Source of the DNA: Paraspadella gotoi
Taxonomy: Eukaryota > Animalia > Chaetognatha
Reading direction: 5' to 3'
Assembly (NCBI GenBank): GCA_051294375.1
Contig: CM119263.1
Coordinates: forward strand, 703,756 to 767,755
DNA: 64,000 bases
The stretch's first letter is position 1. Each line of letters opens with the position of its first letter. Below, in pieces: positions 60,219 to 64,000 of this stretch. The notes below the pieces were generated by a model, which saw only the letters and a program-made list of their open reading frames with translations, was not told the DNA's origin and made no database searches. The translations under genes were made by a program, and so were the position numbers.

Positions 60219-60678
60219 TATCTTTATTATTTTTTTATCAATTTAACGAGTCGCCGAAACTAAGACCTAAATGGCGCCGATTCCAGAAAATCTCAAAAGG
60301 CCCCGAAACTCCGGCAACGAATCACCTTCAAAAGAATAACTTTGTCGTCTGGATGGAGCTCGCTAAACTGGGGCAGAGTTCGGGCAAAGTTCATGATGAG
60401 TTCGACTGTAAGGACCGTCAGTTCCATCCGGTACCGGAAGTCGCGATCGGCGACGCCTCGGCCGCCAGCCTCTTCCAGCAGAAGCTTTTGGTAACGAAAA
60501 TAAATCAAATCAAATCAAATCAATCAAATCAAATCAATCATATCATTCAAATTAATCCTCCAAACCAACCCTGAGTTTCTTTCGTTCTGTTTCAGATGGT
60601 CCTTCGAATTTCGATTGCCAATAGACAATCGCCTCGATCGTGCGTCTCTCTTCTTCCGTCAACAAAATCTGTGATGTT
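58349..60678 (-). CDS. nuclear receptor ligand-binding domain, EcR/NR1H-like, 3' exons: 60678-60570, 60484-60326, 59303-59224, 58939-58818, 58690-58540, 58430-58349; DBD presumably upstream of window end
   Basis: Phase-consistent exons: LTEEERRTIEAIVYWQSKFEGPSETERKKL (cf. EcR helix 1), FRYRMELTVLTVELIMNFARTLPQFSELHPDDKVILLK-GCSPELMILRDARR (cf. [48 protein letters not shown]), FCEQMISMKTDDAEFALLTCICLF, REGV..VEGIQEFY, FARFIGKLPEL, FWEIA*. Confidence 0.9.
59700..60220. repeat. (TTAA/AAATTAATT)n pure-AT tract followed by (TTTA)n microsatellite
   Basis: Direct reading; lies in the nuclear-receptor intron. Confidence 0.9.
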
Positions 60679-61179
60679 CTGACAACGAAAAAATAAAAGT
60701 TAAATATCCAGCTAAAACAACACGTTATACATTAAATTTTGTATTATACATAATACTGAAGGGGAACAGCCGGGTTATTATGCCCATTGAGATGGGTCAT
60801 CTCGTTGATCGCTTAAGGGGATTCCGACCCTCAATGACGCCGCCTGCCACTGGCGCGGTTACCCTAGGACGGTCTCGCTTTGCCAACTCATAAAAGTCGT
60901 TAGGACTATGGAATCCAGTGTGGTTGGTATGTAAAGCTTGGGATGGTGCGTTCCCACTGGGAGCTCAGGGGATTGGTTGAATGAAGCTTGATGGGAGGCT
61001 GAGTGAATATTAGGGTGGAGTGATGAAAAGATTGAGTGATTGAACATTATTTTTTACTGCCTATGGATATGTAATTAATGAATTTTAAATCCTTTTAAAA
61101 ATATTTTTAGCATAACAGTATAGTAAATTTATTTATTTATGTAGTAATATCCTTATAAAATCCTTAAATTTCAAAATAA

Positions 61180-62432
61180 TTGTTTTTTATTTTTAAGAAC
61201 AGATTTGGATTCGCCATAAAAAACTAAGAAACTTTTATAAAATAAGTTATATGATATTTTAATGTTTAGACCACAAAAAATGACTAAAAAGTTTTAATAT
61301 ATATAAGTTTCTACTACAGAGAATAAAAAAGTGATGAATTTTCACCTTTTTTCACGTTTTAAATGCTGAAGATGACAGAATTTTTTACAACATGTTTTAT
61401 ATTTTTGATTCAACTTTATATGAAGAATCTGAATCTTTAATAAAAGTTAAAAAAATTTTTTTTTAAAAATTTACTATTTTATAAGAATATTACTACAAAT
61501 ATATTGTATTTTACTATTCTGTTCCCGAGTAAATACGAAAAAAATATTTTTTGTACTAGTTAATCATACTATCTTACATTTAAATATCCTTGTTCCATCA
61601 TTCAAATAATTTTTTTGTTCTTGAGTGCTCCACTCTAGTGAATATACCGCCTCAACTGAATATATTTGATTAGCACAGAAACATGACAATATCTTACATA
61701 ACTAATATATATAATAAATAATATATAATATAATATATAATTTTAATAAATGTTATAAAATGAAATTGGTACAACCAATATAAAAATTATCCCTTTCCCA
61801 CATCCCATTTTTGTTTTTTATTTTTAAGAACAGATTTGGATTCGCCATAAAAAACTAAGAAACTTTTATAAAATAAGTTATATGATATTTTATATGTTTA
61901 GACCACAAAAAATGACTAAAAAGTTTTAATATATATAAGTTTCTACTACAGAGAATAAAAAAAGTGATGAATTTTCACCTTTTTTCACGTTTTAAATGCT
62001 GAAGATGACAGTAAATTTTTTACAACATGTTTTTATATTTTTGATTCAACTTTTATATGAAGAATCTGAATCTTTAATAAAAGTTAAAAAAATTTTTTTT
62101 AAAAATTTACTATTTTATAAGAATATTACTACAAATATATTGTATTTTATATTCTGTTCCCGAAGTAAATACGAAAAAAATATTTTTTGTACTAGTTAAT
62201 CATACTATCTTACATTTAAATATCCTTGTTTCCATCATTCAAATAATTTTTTTTGTTTCTGAGTGCTCCACTCTAGTGAATATACCGCCTCAACTGAATA
62301 TATTTGATTAGCACAGAAACATGACAATATCTTACATAAATAATATATATAATAAATAATATATAATATAATATATAATTTTAATAAATGTTATAAAATG
62401 AAATTGGTACAACCAATATAAAAATTATCCAT
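61180..62432 (+). repeat. ~630-bp AT-rich direct tandem duplication
   Basis: 61180-61792 vs 61811-62430 nearly identical, differing by single-base indels. Confidence 0.92.
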
Positions 62433-63297
62433 TCATTTAATAAATAAGCTATCTTGCCCCTGACTTTGGACAGGCTTTGTGGTGGTTTAAGGCCTCCATC
62501 ACTCTTACAAGATAATGACATAGCAGGTCCCTGCAAGATTTCAATCAAGACTCTCTCACAGTCTTGTTTATTCACTCCCAGAGTACCTGGCTTCCCTATC
62601 AATGAAGTGGAAAATATTTCAAAGAATGTTTAAATTGTATGAAAAGACCACTCCCTTAAGTATTAGATCGGGGAATACTTATTGTACTCCGCACTAGCAT
62701 CAAAATACAAGGAGCTGAATTTTATGAAATTGGTACAACCAATATAAAAATTATCCATTCATTTAATAAATAAACTATCTTGGCCCCTGACTTTGGACAG
62801 GCTTTGGTGGTTTAAGCCTCCATCACTCTTACAAGATAATGACATAGCAGGTCCCTGCATGATTTCAATCAAGACTCTCTCAAGTCTTGTTTATTCACTC
62901 CCAGAGTAACTGGCTTCCCTATCAATGAAGTGGAAAATATTTTCAAAGAATGTTTAAATTGTATGAAAAGACCACTCCCTTAAGTATTAGATCGGGGAAT
63001 ACTTATTGTACTCCGCACTAGCATCAAAATACAAGGAGCTGAATTTTATGAAATTGGTACAACCAATATAAAAATTATCCATTCATTTAATAAATAAGCT
63101 ATCTTGCCCCTGACTTTGGACAGGCTTTGGTGGTTTAAGGCCTCCATCACTCTTACAAGATAATGACATAGCAGGTCCCTGCAAGATTTCAATCAAGACT
63201 CTCTCACAGTCTTGTTTATTCACTCCCAGAGTACCTGGCTTCCCTATCAATGAAGTGGAAAATATTTCAGAGAATGTTTAAATTGTATGAAAAGACT
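62395..63297 (+). repeat. ~330-bp unit in ~2.7 tandem copies; dispersed family also at 270-330, 36110-36530 (two inverted halves), 46490-46640, 55935-56075
   Basis: ATGAAATTGGTACAACCAATATAAAAATTATCCATTCATTTAATAAATAAGCTATCTTGCCCCTGACTTTGGACAGG.. repeated at ~62398, 62724 and 63048. Confidence 0.92.
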
Positions 63298-63540
63298 TAT
63301 AATAATGAAACAAATAATTTTGCAATTTTCATAGATTAAGACTTCGATAAAGTTGATACTATGGTGGGCTAAAATCCACCAACCGTTCATCAGCGGCCAT
63401 TGGTGCCGGAGGCAAGTCATTCGCCTCCCAACCCAAAGGTCGCACTTTCCACCAACAACAATTCACTGAAGAGACGCAACAGATTTCTCCCTATAGGAGG
63501 GGGGATGTATGGTGGACTAAAATCCACCAACCGTTCATCA

Positions 63541-63740
63541 GCAGCCATTGGTGCCGGAGGCAAGTCATTCGCCTCCCAACCCAAAGGTCCGGGGTTCTAG
63601 CCCGGTGGCCGCCTAGCAGTTAAGAGGGACGGGCGCTTAACCCGCCTGTAACATTGTTTTACAGCCTGATCCGAAGCTCAGGGACTGCTTATATTGAACG
63701 GTTCTGTCATTAACATATAACAATAATTGCTGTCTCTTCA
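63541..63740 (+). mobile_element. tRNA-derived SINE (partial copies 63360-63440 and 63920-64000; minus-strand copy 51526-51735; diverged copy 58080-58220)
   Basis: 72-nt head GC(A/G)GCCA..TGGCCGC with A-box-like TGGTGCCGGAGG, T-arm CCGGG-GTTCTAG-CCCGG and an unpaired anticodon arm (CTCCCAA loop, Gly-like), followed by a shared ~130-bp body. Confidence 0.75.
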
Positions 63741-64000
63741 TTGGTGAGCCCGACTTCCGAACACAACAGCAACAACACTTTCAGGCAACAAGCCTCAACC
63801 TGGCGATGCACTTTCCGCCAACAACTCATCAGGCGACATGCCTCAGCTTGGTGACGCACTTTCCAACAACAATTCACTGAGAGACGCAACAGATTTCTCC
63901 CTACGGAGGGGGGATGTATGGTGGACTAAAATCCACCAACCATTCATCACGCGCCATTAGTGCCGGAGGCAAGTCATTCGCCTCCCAACCCAAAGGTCCG

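Noticed and set aside
63541-63612. Functional tRNA-Gly(CCC) gene
   Set aside because: Anticodon stem does not pair, T-loop deviates, and it is always attached to the same downstream body in multiple copies: a SINE head.
63795-63840. Minus-strand CTGATGAG..GGAAAG hammerhead-like motif
   Set aside because: Stems I and III do not pair, and neighbouring repeat copies do not keep the core.

Overview
AT-rich, microsatellite-dense genomic DNA from an invertebrate animal (spliceosomal genes with small GC-rich exons; four N-gaps). Almost all long ORFs in the supplied track are translations of (GA)n/(AAT)n/(GAC)n repeats. Reading splice sites by eye gives three real genes. (1) A RasGRF-family Ras guanine-nucleotide exchange factor on + (about 10.8-56.5 kb, possibly from 4.1 kb; PH2, split REM, CDC25 domain; 5' part not seen). 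(2) A complete, intact 6-exon, 490-aa p53-family gene on -, nested antisense inside one RasGRF intron (42772-40373). It carries substitutions at positions that are human cancer hotspots (H179D-, R273Q-, G245-equivalents) and a 4-decamer p53-response-element-like array in its own intron. (3) The ligand-binding-domain exons of a divergent EcR/NR1H-like nuclear receptor on - (60678-58349), convergent with RasGRF. The intron holding p53 also contains a cluster of minimal hammerhead-ribozyme motifs of the Penelope-like-element type. An 11-kb palindrome, a 4.7-kb tandem duplication of RasGRF exons and a small fold-back inversion all abut gaps and are most likely amplification or assembly artefacts. 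Several dispersed repeat families are present: a tRNA-derived SINE, a multi-hairpin ~270-bp element, HINE/DINE-like elements and MITEs. All homology calls come from remembered family sequences; no database search was run.
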